Below are positions 30,220 through 39,863 of a stretch of DNA of 64,000 bases, one piece after another (the stretch's first letter is position 1; each line of letters begins with the position of its first letter). The notes beneath the pieces are model-generated. The model ran no database searches, was not told the origin of the DNA, and saw only the letters and a list, made by a program, of their open reading frames with translations. The translations under genes were made by a program, and so were the position numbers. This DNA is from Acholeplasmataceae bacterium. Lineage in GTDB: Bacteria > Bacillota_I > Bacilli_A > Acholeplasmatales > Acholeplasmataceae. The stretch lies in contig OY763415.1 in NCBI GenBank assembly GCA_963667565.1, positions 1,632,001 through 1,696,000 on the forward strand, written 5' to 3'.

Positions 30220-31667
30220 GAAAAAACGTTACATACGCATTAATAAAGAAACAGTTTAATAAAAATCGAAAATACTACATTAAATCTTTGATATTAACAA
30301 CATTAATTTCTTGTTTTGCATTTGTATTTTTCTTATTATATACAAATAATGTCGCACAAGCATATAAGGAGAGTCTTGAAACGTTTGATTTTCAATATGT
30401 CAAAAGTTACGAACAAGATATATCATCCGATTTAACGACTGATGCATATGAAATTAACGTTGATATTACTAATGACAATAATGATTTTTATCAAACAAAA
30501 TATTCATATATAGTTTTTTCTGAAGATACTAGTCAGTATGATATACTTTATGGGAATTCAATTATTGATGAGTTTGATATCATGATCTCAGATTACTTAG
30601 CATCAGCAATATTATTATCAAACGGTAAAGAACTCACGCAAGAAAATTACGAATCACTCATTAATCTTCCGCTTCCTGTTTATATTTATAATCTCGTTGA
30701 TTATAAAATAAGTGGTATATATAACACAAACTATGAATGTTACATGGATAGTACTACTTTATTTTTAAGTGATATGTTTCAGAGTGTAAAAGATAATTAT
30801 TCTCAGATTGTTGCTTCAACAACGAGTGAAGAGATTATTAAAGCTCATAGTGGAAATGTTGAATTAGAGTTACAAATTAATGATACATATTTCTATGGAA
30901 TGATTATTGAATCTAATGATCAATTACCTATTTTATACCAAACTGATTCAAATGAAATCAACTATATATCATTGAGTTTTTATGCACGACTTATGAATCA
31001 AAGTGTTGATGTCATCAATCAGCAAATATCAAATCATGTATTCATCTTTAAGGATAATCTTAAGTTATATATAGGTGATAAAAAGATTGATTTACTATTT
31101 AATGGTATCTTTGATGATAGTTCATTACAAAATGGTTATACAACGTACTTTTTTATGACTGATAATAGTTATAGATATGATACGAAATGGATTAAATTAT
31201 TAAATATTGAAAAGACTAATACTATTGATATGACGACGTATCAAAACATTGCTATTGATCAAAGTCGATTGAATAGTTATTTTAGTTTTTTAGAACACGC
31301 AAAAGTAGTGTTTATAATTGCATATGCAATACTTATCTTTATATATATGATTTTTATATCTAATCTAAGAAATAACTTTATGACACATATTCATCGTGAG
31401 ATTGATATTTTACGGACAATTGGATACCACAAATTCAAGATTTATAAGTGGATTATAGTTCATGATTTTATGCGTTATGTTTTTGTATTGATATTTACAT
31501 CGATAACGATTATATTGTTAAGTCAATTTGACCATGTCAATATAGAAAATGGATTTAAGATAGTTTTTTTAAATTTTAAAGATTCAATATTAATTTACAA
31601 TTTGATCATCATTTTTATTATTGAGATACTTACAAGTATTAAGGGATACAGAAATCTTTTAAATTGA
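29520..31667 (+). CDS. MacB/FtsX-like ABC transporter (ATPase + permease fusion) 1
   Basis: GESGAGKS; LSGGE; DEPTGNLD; one TM, a large external domain, then three TMs. Confidence 0.85.
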   Translation: MLKIKDLSKKYDQQIILDNINIEFKEKGFYVLLGESGAGKSTLLKMISLFEEPTHGEIIYQGKNILENKSNVIGEKRNTMFSYIFQEFNLIEYLTVKENLMLVEHRDVNQIKEVLETFGLGEYLEQEVSKLSGGERQRVTIARAILRDTPILIADEPTGNLDQKNSEEVIKILEEVSKTKLVIMVTHNESLLDQHVDYIYRIDNHKLILEQDQHKIYEQEVDVKQHSDRKDKLGKNVTYALIKKQFNKNRKYYIKSLILTTLISCFAFVFFLLYTNNVAQAYKESLETFDFQYVKSYEQDISSDLTTDAYEINVDITNDNNDFYQTKYSYIVFSEDTSQYDILYGNSIIDEFDIMISDYLASAILLSNGKELTQENYESLINLPLPVYIYNLVDYKISGIYNTNYECYMDSTTLFLSDMFQSVKDNYSQIVASTTSEEIIKAHSGNVELELQINDTYFYGMIIESNDQLPILYQTDSNEINYISLSFYARLMNQSVDVINQQISNHVFIFKDNLKLYIGDKKIDLLFNGIFDDSSLQNGYTTYFFMTDNSYRYDTKWIKLLNIEKTNTIDMTTYQNIAIDQSRLNSYFSFLEHAKVVFIIAYAILIFIYMIFISNLRNNFMTHIHREIDILRTIGYHKFKIYKWIIVHDFMRYVFVLIFTSITIILLSQFDHVNIENGFKIVFLNFKDSILIYNLIIIFIIEILTSIKGYRNLLN

Positions 31668-31687
31668 TCTAGCGATTAGTAAATAAA

Positions 31688-32399
31688 AGAGGTGAAGACA
31701 TGCTAAAAATAAAAGACCTAAGTAAAAAATACGATCAACAAATAATATTAGACAACATCAATATAGAGTTTAAAGAAAAGGGATTCTATGTATTATTGGG
31801 AGAAAGTGGTGCTGGGAAATCTACATTATTAAAAATGATTTCGCTTTTTGAAGAACCAACCCATGGCGAAATCATCTATCAAGGGAAAAATATCTTAGAA
31901 AACAAATCAAATGTCATAGGTGAGAAAAGAAACACGATGTTCAGTTATATTTTTCAAGAGTTTAATCTTATTGAATATTTAACAGTTAAAGAAAATTTAA
32001 TGTTAGTAGAACACCGAGATGTTAATCAAATTAAAGAAGTACTTGAAAAATTTGGATTAGGTGCGTATTTAGAACAAGAAGTATCAAAACTATCGGGTGG
32101 AGAGAGACAAAGAGTCACAATAGCCAGAGCGATATTAAGAGATACACCGATATTAATCGCAGATGAACCAACAGGTAATCTCGATCAAAAAAACAGTGAA
32201 GAGGTTATTAAAATACTTGAAGAAGTATCAAAGACAAAGCTCGTTATTATGGTGACGCATAATGAATCTTTACTAGATCAACATGTAGATTATATATATC
32301 GAATCGACAATCACAAACTCATCTTAGAACAAGATCAACATAAGATATATAAACAAGAAGTAGACGTTAAGCAACATATGGATATAAAAGATAAATTAG
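31688..32399 (+). repeat. Near-identical ~710 bp direct repeat, copy 2
   Basis: Matches 29508-30219. Confidence 0.95.
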
Positions 32400-33730
32400 A
32401 TAAAAATACTCTTGTTAAAACGATTGTTCATAATTATGCTAATACAAGATTAAAGTATTTAATTTCAATTTTAATTATTTCAATATTTATGATGGTAACC
32501 ATATTAAGTTTTGGTATTCTTTTAAGTGATAATAATAAAATGTATTATGAGTATATAGTAAAAAACGAGGAAAAATATATTTTAGTGGATGAAGATAGAA
32601 GATATGTTTCACCCGAAAGTATTTTACAATTAGAGTCAGATGAACTTCGAACTTATATAGAATCATCTATTGATGTAGATATAAATATACAAAATTATCT
32701 ATTAATACATATTGAAAAACTCTCATTAGATAATTCCTTGACTTTAAATGGTAATGAAATATCAATTAGTGAAAAGATTGCTAATGAATTTTTAATATAT
32801 TATTCAGAGCAATTTAAGGATATAGATGAACTTATCGGACAATCAATAAATATAGAGAATCATAACTATTTAATTAAAACAATTGTCTCAGGCGATTCAT
32901 CAATGCTTATATTAACAAGAGAAGGCATTGTTCAATTAATGGATGAGACTATTTCAGTAAGATTAAGTAATGATTCATCATATTTGGGAAGTTTTAGTAT
33001 TTTGTTAGATGATGAACTTACCATGAATGAAGTGGCATTAAACTCTCGGTATATGCAAGAATTAAGTTCATCAACACTTAAAACAGTTAATATTTATCCT
33101 TATGCGGATTTAGAAATTCAAGTGACGTTTATTGAAGACGCTACATTAGATATACAAACGTTAAAAGTCAGCAAAGATATTTTTGATACATTAATGATTA
33201 ATCAGATGGGATTTCAAATCTCTATAAATCAAGAGGGATTTACAGAAAAAAACATGACTATTTTAACGAACTCTGGCCAATTTGTTGATTCATCATTTTT
33301 GACAAATTTTGTTTTAGTTCACACCATTAAAGACAACTACACACCACTTATAGTTATGCTTGGGTTACTAATTGCTTTCATGTTTAAAATGCTGCTAGAT
33401 ATTTATTTAAATCATTTATTTATTTCAAACAGTAGAGAGTATTATATTTTAAAATCAATTGGTAAAGAGAAATATATATTTATCATACAATTTATTAATC
33501 AAATACTATTATTGATACCGACATTATTGATAAGTTTTCTCGTAGCATTTATTTTGAAGAATAAGATTAATAATATAACAGAAAAGTATATTTATCCTGG
33601 ATTTAATATAAGTTTATTCGATGGCATTATCATTATAGTATTTATTCTAGTTGTTACTATACTCATCAATTACGTATATGAATTCAAAAAAATAAAAACA
33701 TATAAGATTACAGGTCTATTTAATGGTTAA
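31700..33730 (+). CDS. MacB/FtsX-like ABC transporter (ATPase + permease fusion) 2
   Basis: Same ATPase as the 29520 gene; highly divergent permease half. Confidence 0.85.
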   Translation: MLKIKDLSKKYDQQIILDNINIEFKEKGFYVLLGESGAGKSTLLKMISLFEEPTHGEIIYQGKNILENKSNVIGEKRNTMFSYIFQEFNLIEYLTVKENLMLVEHRDVNQIKEVLEKFGLGAYLEQEVSKLSGGERQRVTIARAILRDTPILIADEPTGNLDQKNSEEVIKILEEVSKTKLVIMVTHNESLLDQHVDYIYRIDNHKLILEQDQHKIYKQEVDVKQHMDIKDKLDKNTLVKTIVHNYANTRLKYLISILIISIFMMVTILSFGILLSDNNKMYYEYIVKNEEKYILVDEDRRYVSPESILQLESDELRTYIESSIDVDINIQNYLLIHIEKLSLDNSLTLNGNEISISEKIANEFLIYYSEQFKDIDELIGQSINIENHNYLIKTIVSGDSSMLILTREGIVQLMDETISVRLSNDSSYLGSFSILLDDELTMNEVALNSRYMQELSSSTLKTVNIYPYADLEIQVTFIEDATLDIQTLKVSKDIFDTLMINQMGFQISINQEGFTEKNMTILTNSGQFVDSSFLTNFVLVHTIKDNYTPLIVMLGLLIAFMFKMLLDIYLNHLFISNSREYYILKSIGKEKYIFIIQFINQILLLIPTLLISFLVAFILKNKINNITEKYIYPGFNISLFDGIIIIVFILVVTILINYVYEFKKIKTYKITGLFNG

Positions 33731-33748
33731 ATCATATAACGAAGTAAT

Positions 33749-33922
33749 TTAATTTTTAAATTAACCGTTTCAATTGTGTTGCTTTTAAGTATGATTTTAT
33801 TTTAGGTATCTTTTATTGTCATTGGAGAATTTGCTTTTATGGCTATAACAGATGCGATGCTTTATGGTATCCAATATTTTTTTAATGTAAGAAAACGTAA
33901 AAAGCATCAAGAAATAAAATGA
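33749..33922 (+). pseudogene. Remnant 3' end of a membrane protein gene
   Basis: LIFKLTVSIVLLLSMILF*VSFIVIGEFAFMAITDAMLYGIQYFFNVRKRKKHQEIK*: TM-like, basic tail, one internal TAG. Confidence 0.4.
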
Positions 33923-33932
33923 ATCTATTTTC

Positions 33933-34161
33933 GAACAAAAAAGGGAGAAATCTCCCTTTTTTAATTAAATATAAGTGTAAATAAAATGAATAAGTAGTTT
34001 GCTACAACACCACTGACTAATCCACCAATCGTATGTGATAAAATAGCTTTTCCTGTGAGCTCTCTAGCGCCTACACTATCCATCATACTAACATGTGTTG
34101 ATAGATAACCACTCCAGGTTGTACCTATGGCTGTAAAGACTGCGATATCCTTAATGGTGAT
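33933..34161. repeat. Direct repeat, copy 2 (bidirectional terminator + intact gene 3' end)
   Basis: aaaaaagggaga-aa-tctccctttttt plus coding 3' end, matching 27236-27465. Confidence 0.92.
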
Positions 34162-35130
34162 ATATCCATTTAAGATGAAATCAGGAACAATCCCTATAGC
34201 TGCACCAGCACTTCCCAAACTAATGAGTGGAAAAGCAATCGCTTCAGGATTTTGAAAACCAAATAAAGGTTTAAATATAAACATTAAGTAATGTCCAACT
34301 TTAGGCAAATATCCAATACCTTCTAAAGCAGCACCGGTATATCCACCATCTGGCATGGTATTAGTTAACATTAAAATAAAGGTTGAAATCACTAAAATGC
34401 CTGGAATGATTTGCATACCGATTTCAACACCATTTTTACCACCATCAAGTGCACTTTCTAAAAAGCGATTGATGACAGTACCTTTTCTGGTTTCTCGGTA
34501 GAACTCTTCACCTTCAAGGGATTTGATAGGATTTTCTTTTTTATCGATCCCATGATATTTCTTAGAAAAATAAGTTAAAAGACTGACTGATACGATACTA
34601 CCAACAACAGCTGATAGAATGCCAATAAACGCAGCACTTGTAAAATTACCAAAGTTTGCAACACTATCACCTAATTTGGCAGGTAATGTCATGAAGAATA
34701 CTGCGATAATTAATCCCATTCCAAAGCTTGTGCTTAAGTTAATTAATACTGGGATTTGATAAGCTTTAAATCGTTTCTTAAATTCTTTTTCTCTAATTAA
34801 ACTAATCACTGCTGGATTGTCAGAAAGATATGCACTTAACACACCAATGCCTGCGACACCTGGCAACCGGTAAATAAATCTAACTAGAGGATATAAAATG
34901 ATATTAAAAAAAGATAAGACACCAAATTCTGAAAAAATACCTGCAATTGCACCAGTTAAAACTGCTAATGCCATAATGTAGAATGCGACATTGATTAATA
35001 AATAAAAAGCAGTATTAATGAGCGTACTCATGAAATAAGCAACACCCATTTCATAAGAGAATAAAACAAATACACCTAAGAACAAAACTAAAATCACATA
35101 TGTCTCTAATGTGATAGGATTCTTTTTCAT
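33961..35130 (-). CDS. CD0519/CD1768-like membrane protein (nucleoside-recognition Gate domain)
   Basis: YLSDNPA; TSFGMG; DGGKNGV; WSGYLSTHV.MMD; SHTIGG; multi-TM. Start 35130 follows ggtga. Confidence 0.7.
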   Translation of the reverse strand: MKKNPITLETYVILVLFLGVFVLFSYEMGVAYFMSTLINTAFYLLINVAFYIMALAVLTGAIAGIFSEFGVLSFFNIILYPLVRFIYRLPGVAGIGVLSAYLSDNPAVISLIREKEFKKRFKAYQIPVLINLSTSFGMGLIIAVFFMTLPAKLGDSVANFGNFTSAAFIGILSAVVGSIVSVSLLTYFSKKYHGIDKKENPIKSLEGEEFYRETRKGTVINRFLESALDGGKNGVEIGMQIIPGILVISTFILMLTNTMPDGGYTGAALEGIGYLPKVGHYLMFIFKPLFGFQNPEAIAFPLISLGSAGAAIGIVPDFILNGYITIKDIAVFTAIGTTWSGYLSTHVSMMDSVGARELTGKAILSHTIGGLVSGVVANYLFILFTLIFN

Positions 35131-35340
35131 ATATTCACCATCCAAAATATATTATATAACATAAATTCAAGAGTTCATTCTTCGAATTTTTTAATAAAAT
35201 TGGAATGTATTCAAGTCAAATAATTTAGATAACATTTTTGTATAAATTAATTACAATTATGATTATTTGTACTTGCGAAAATGCTATAATAATATTAACA
35301 ACTATCAAGGACTAACCATTTAATATTTGGGAGGATATCA

Positions 35341-37512
35341 ATGAAAGTCATCAAAAATATAAGTTCAATATTTTTCTTAATGATCATTTTATTTACAATC
35401 GTTGGGTGTGAACAAACACCAGAGTTAACAATTAATTTTAATTCTAATGGTGGATCATTAATTTCTTCAATAACATTTGATGGAAACTCAATCATTACGT
35501 TGCCTAATGATCCAACAAAAGAAGGATATAAGTTTGAAGGCTGGTACTTAGATGACGTATCTTTTGAGAATGCTTTGACTAATCACACATTTTTAGATTC
35601 ACCAATCACTAGTGATATCATAGTTTATGCTAAATGGGCAATCATAGAAGTCATTCCAATATCATATGAAGTTAGATTTATCACTAATGGAGGTACTTAT
35701 GTTTCTCCAATACAAGCGATAGATAACACGCTAATTTCATATCCACAGTCTAGTAGAACAGGATATACACTTGAAGGCTGGTATACGAGTAATGACAATG
35801 GCGCAACGTTAGATTTAAAATGGAATTTTTATGCAGATCGCGTAGGCACTGACATGACTCTTTATGCTAAATGGACAATAAACAGTTATACCATAAGTTT
35901 TAATTCTAATCTAGGATCATCTGTGTCTCAAATCTATCAAGAATATCATACAAATGTTACTCAACCATCTGATCCTACAAGAGAAGGATATACATTTGTT
36001 GGTTGGTATAAAGATATTGAGTACACCCAACTTTTTGTTTTTGATCTTATGCCAGCAGAGAATATGATGCTTTATGCAAAATGGGAACCCAATCTTTATG
36101 AAGTAACGTACCATATGACATATGAAGGATATTTATATCAAATTCAAATGAGCGAAGATGAATACATTATTAAAACAGAATTGGGAAGTAATTTTGGTGT
36201 TATATTAACAAATCAAGGTCGCGTAATGACATGGGGAGAAAATTCAAGTGGTGTATTAGGCATAGGAACAACCTCAGATAGATATGTCACAGATATCACT
36301 TCACGCTTTCCATTAAATGAATCAGATTATATGATAGACATATCTATTGGATATAGTCATGTACTTGCTTTAAGCAATGAAGGACGAATCTTCTCATGGG
36401 GCTCTAATAGTTATGGTGCATTAGGTGATGGCACAACCATCTCTTCAAAAATTCCAATTGAAATTACAAGTCAGTTCAGTTTAAATATAGATACCAAAAT
36501 CACATATATTGAAGCATCCTTAGCATTTAATGCTGCACTCACATCAGATCATCATCTATGGGTATGGGGTAGAAATGAATCAGGACAATTAGGTATCAAT
36601 TCAACTGTATCTCAATCATCACCCATAGATATAACAAATAATATTCAATTAAATAACGAAGAATATATCAGTAGTGTTTCACTAGGTTGGTATCATTTTG
36701 GACTTGTTACTTCAGAGTCACGCGTGTGGATGTGGGGTTCTAATAGTTCTGGACAGCTTGGAAATGGAAATAAAACAAATGCGTTATCACCCATTGAGAC
36801 GACATCTTATTTTTCATTATCAGAAAATGACCATATCACAAATTTATATTTAGGTAATGGAGTTTCATCAGCAATATCATTAAATCATGAAGTTTTTACA
36901 TGGGGGTCAACTTTTAATTTTATGTTAGGTTTGAGTTATGAAGAGTATGGTATGGCATATAGCATATTAATTCCTTATAACGTAACTGACCATTTACCGT
37001 TTGAAGATCAAGAGGTTGCAACCAGTATTTCTATGGGTTATGGGCACACCTTGATTTTATCTAATCAAGGACATTTATATGGCATGGGTGCTAATACTTG
37101 GGGAGAACTTGGAAGCCCTGTGAATTCAGTGACTTATTTACCCAAGGATATCAGCAAAATATTCGATTTAGATGATATTAATATTGTAATGTATCAAGCA
37201 TATTTCTACAGTTCTGTTATGGTTAGTGATCAAGGATTAATCTATATTTTAGGATACTATTATGATCACCAAGGGACTGGATATGACTATGTTCGAGCAA
37301 TGACAACAACTACACCTATCATATTTAATAAACTAACAGTAACATCAACACTATCTGTATACTATGATACAAATATTGATTTAACATCGATGATTGAAGA
37401 TGAAACAATATTTATAGGATGGTTCTTAAATGATACGTATACCACCCAAAATCCATATTTAATCATGCCAAATCAAAACATTGATTTATATACCTATTAT
37501 CCAAAAATTTAA
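35341..37512 (+). CDS. Surface lipoprotein with Listeria-Bacteroides (InlB B/Flg_new) repeats and an RCC1-like beta-propeller
   Basis: Lipobox IVGC; F.SNGG..PTKEGY.F.GWY..YAKW repeats; WG.N..GQLG repeats. Confidence 0.88.
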   Translation: MKVIKNISSIFFLMIILFTIVGCEQTPELTINFNSNGGSLISSITFDGNSIITLPNDPTKEGYKFEGWYLDDVSFENALTNHTFLDSPITSDIIVYAKWAIIEVIPISYEVRFITNGGTYVSPIQAIDNTLISYPQSSRTGYTLEGWYTSNDNGATLDLKWNFYADRVGTDMTLYAKWTINSYTISFNSNLGSSVSQIYQEYHTNVTQPSDPTREGYTFVGWYKDIEYTQLFVFDLMPAENMMLYAKWEPNLYEVTYHMTYEGYLYQIQMSEDEYIIKTELGSNFGVILTNQGRVMTWGENSSGVLGIGTTSDRYVTDITSRFPLNESDYMIDISIGYSHVLALSNEGRIFSWGSNSYGALGDGTTISSKIPIEITSQFSLNIDTKITYIEASLAFNAALTSDHHLWVWGRNESGQLGINSTVSQSSPIDITNNIQLNNEEYISSVSLGWYHFGLVTSESRVWMWGSNSSGQLGNGNKTNALSPIETTSYFSLSENDHITNLYLGNGVSSAISLNHEVFTWGSTFNFMLGLSYEEYGMAYSILIPYNVTDHLPFEDQEVATSISMGYGHTLILSNQGHLYGMGANTWGELGSPVNSVTYLPKDISKIFDLDDINIVMYQAYFYSSVMVSDQGLIYILGYYYDHQGTGYDYVRAMTTTTPIIFNKLTVTSTLSVYYDTNIDLTSMIEDETIFIGWFLNDTYTTQNPYLIMPNQNIDLYTYYPKI

Positions 37513-37532
37513 GATTTCTTATAGGAGCAAAC

Positions 37533-38243
37533 ATGAATAAACTATTAAAAAGATTTGATGAAATTATTGAATACAATAAGCATAAGGATGAAGTATTAGC
37601 TTTTATTGGTATGGGTTCAATGTCAAGTACGAATAGAATAGATGATTATTCAGACATTGATTTTTTTATCATTGTGAAAAACGCATATAAACAAACATAT
37701 CTAAAACATATGGATTGGTTAAACGTTAAAGAAATTTCTTGGTGGTACCAAGAGACTAAAGATGGCATCAAAGCTATGTATGAAGATGGTATTTATTTAG
37801 AGTTTGCTGTTTTTACTGAAGATGAAATTAAAGACATTGATTTTTATGAAGGTACGATTTATTATCAGTCAAAAGATATTGATAAAAAAAGCATTCAACC
37901 AAAACAAATAAAACATCAAACCGTTGATATCACATATGAAATTAATACATTGTTGTCTAATCTTTATGTAGGATTATTAAGACAAAAAAGAGGAGAGAAA
38001 GCCGCCGCTTTCTTGATGATTCAAGTATATGCAACAAATCATTTGTTAAAGGTTCTTGACGAGCATCCTGATGATATGTATGTTGTAGAAAGAAGAATAG
38101 AACAACGATTAGATTTAAATTATGAAATATTATATGGTGGTATCTCAAATAATATCGAATCAGCTAAGTATCAGTTAGAACTCATTAAACATAAATTTGA
38201 TTTAAACGCATCATTTTTAAAAGAGATAGAACAGCTTTTATAG
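37533..38243 (+). CDS. Pol-beta-type nucleotidyltransferase-fold protein (aminoglycoside/lincosamide NTase-like)
   Basis: GMGS....IDDYSDIDFF motif; YEDGIYLEFAVF. Confidence 0.6.
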   Translation: MNKLLKRFDEIIEYNKHKDEVLAFIGMGSMSSTNRIDDYSDIDFFIIVKNAYKQTYLKHMDWLNVKEISWWYQETKDGIKAMYEDGIYLEFAVFTEDEIKDIDFYEGTIYYQSKDIDKKSIQPKQIKHQTVDITYEINTLLSNLYVGLLRQKRGEKAAAFLMIQVYATNHLLKVLDEHPDDMYVVERRIEQRLDLNYEILYGGISNNIESAKYQLELIKHKFDLNASFLKEIEQLL

Positions 38244-38343
38244 AGTTATCACATATGATTTTTATGAATCATGGTTTATTTTATGAAATAGTATTTATAT
38301 AAAGTCTTTTCTATGATGCATAGACTTTTTTAACCAAAAATAA

Positions 38344-38390
38344 TTGATTTTCTCCACATAATAGCATATAATACAATTAAGTGGAGGAAA
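38344..38390 (+). promoter_or_regulatory. abiE promoter with inverted-repeat operator
   Basis: TTGATT-17-TATAAT (38344-38372). Inverted repeat ttttctccacataat (38348-38362) / attaagtggaggaaa (38376-38390), 13/15 match. Confidence 0.65.
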
Positions 38391-38395
38391 TATAT

Positions 38396-38992
38396 ATGAT
38401 TTTGACAATTGCAGATCTTAAAATTAAATATCATCATTTTAGCGATATCCAAGGTAAAATCCATAGGGAAATCAAGGATGGTAAATATATTCAATTGATA
38501 AGAGGATTATATGAGACAAATAAAGAGACACCCGGATATTATTTAGCATCATACATTTATGGACCATCATATCTTTCTTTTGACTATGCATTATATTATT
38601 ACGGGCTCATCCCAGAAAAAGTAACCACCTACACCAGTGCTACATTTAATAAAAGAAAAACAAAATCATATCATAATGACTTCGGACATTATGTATATCA
38701 AGATGTCCCTAAAAAAGCTTATCCATATGAACTTAAGACGATTGAAGAGTATGGATATGTATATCATATTGCTACTAAAGAAAAAGCACTATGTGATAAG
38801 TTATATACAGTTAAACCTGTACATAGTATGAAGCAATTCATACATTTATTGTTTGAGGATCTTCGCATTGATCAAGATGTTTTTAATACATTAGATAAAG
38901 AAAAGATCAAGATGCTTTGTCATAAATATCAGTCAACTAACTTAAAATTTTTATATAAATTGATTGAGGAGGGAACACATGCAAATCATTGA
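38396..38992 (+). CDS. abiEi: Type IV TA antitoxin, AbiEi family
   Basis: LIRGLY; PSYLSFDYAL.YYGLIPE; ATKEKALCD; overlaps the AbiEii gene. Confidence 0.85.
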   Translation: MILTIADLKIKYHHFSDIQGKIHREIKDGKYIQLIRGLYETNKETPGYYLASYIYGPSYLSFDYALYYYGLIPEKVTTYTSATFNKRKTKSYHNDFGHYVYQDVPKKAYPYELKTIEEYGYVYHIATKEKALCDKLYTVKPVHSMKQFIHLLFEDLRIDQDVFNTLDKEKIKMLCHKYQSTNLKFLYKLIEEGTHANH

Positions 38993-39842
38993 TCAAATGT
39001 TAAAAAAATATGAGTTAAAATCAATTGAAGATAAAAAGAATGCAATCAAAGAAGTGATGCAAGAAATTGTTTTAAGTGGACTCTCTAGGTCTCATTTTTT
39101 TAATGAAGCTGCATTCTATGGCGGAACAGCATTAAGGATTTTTCATGGTTTAAATCGATTCTCTGAAGATTTAGATTTTTCTTTGCTTGTTTCAAATGAG
39201 AATTTTAGTATAAAACCGTATTTATCATATATAAAAAATGAAGTTGAATCTCTAGGTTTGAATGTTGAGATAGAGGAAAAGGAAAAGAAACAAGAAAGTC
39301 AAATTAAATCAGTCATGCTAAAAGGAAATATAGTGGAACAATTTTTAGTGTTTAATCCAGATCAAGAACACGATGATTTTTTACATGCACATGAAAAAAT
39401 CAAAGTCAAATTTGAAATAGACACCAATCCACCAAAGGATGCGACTACTGAATTAAAATATAGACTTTTGCCTTATCCTTATCAAATTAGACTCTATGAT
39501 TTACCTTCATTATTTGCAGGAAAAATTGATGCAGTATTAAGAAGAAACTGGAAACAAAGAGTTAAAGGTAGGGATTTTTATGATTATATCTATTTTCTAT
39601 CTATGGATATACCAGTAAATATTAAACATTTAAAATCAAGACTGATACAATCTAAATATATCTTAAAAGATTATGATTTGAATCAATCATCTTTGATTGA
39701 TTTATTAAATCAAAGATTTACAAAAGTTGATTTTGAAGAAGCAAAAAAAGATGTTATTCCATTTATTACTGATGTAAATCAAGTGCGTTTGTGGAGTAGT
39801 GACTTTTTCATAAGTATCACAAAAAATTTGAAGACAATATGA
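38979..39842 (+). CDS. abiEii: Type IV TA toxin, AbiEii nucleotidyltransferase
   Basis: FYGGTALR..GLNRFSEDLDF; K.EIDTNPP; KGRDFYD. Confidence 0.92.
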   Translation: MQIIDQMLKKYELKSIEDKKNAIKEVMQEIVLSGLSRSHFFNEAAFYGGTALRIFHGLNRFSEDLDFSLLVSNENFSIKPYLSYIKNEVESLGLNVEIEEKEKKQESQIKSVMLKGNIVEQFLVFNPDQEHDDFLHAHEKIKVKFEIDTNPPKDATTELKYRLLPYPYQIRLYDLPSLFAGKIDAVLRRNWKQRVKGRDFYDYIYFLSMDIPVNIKHLKSRLIQSKYILKDYDLNQSSLIDLLNQRFTKVDFEEAKKDVIPFITDVNQVRLWSSDFFISITKNLKTI

Positions 39843-39863
39843 CGTATATAAAAAGGAACATCT

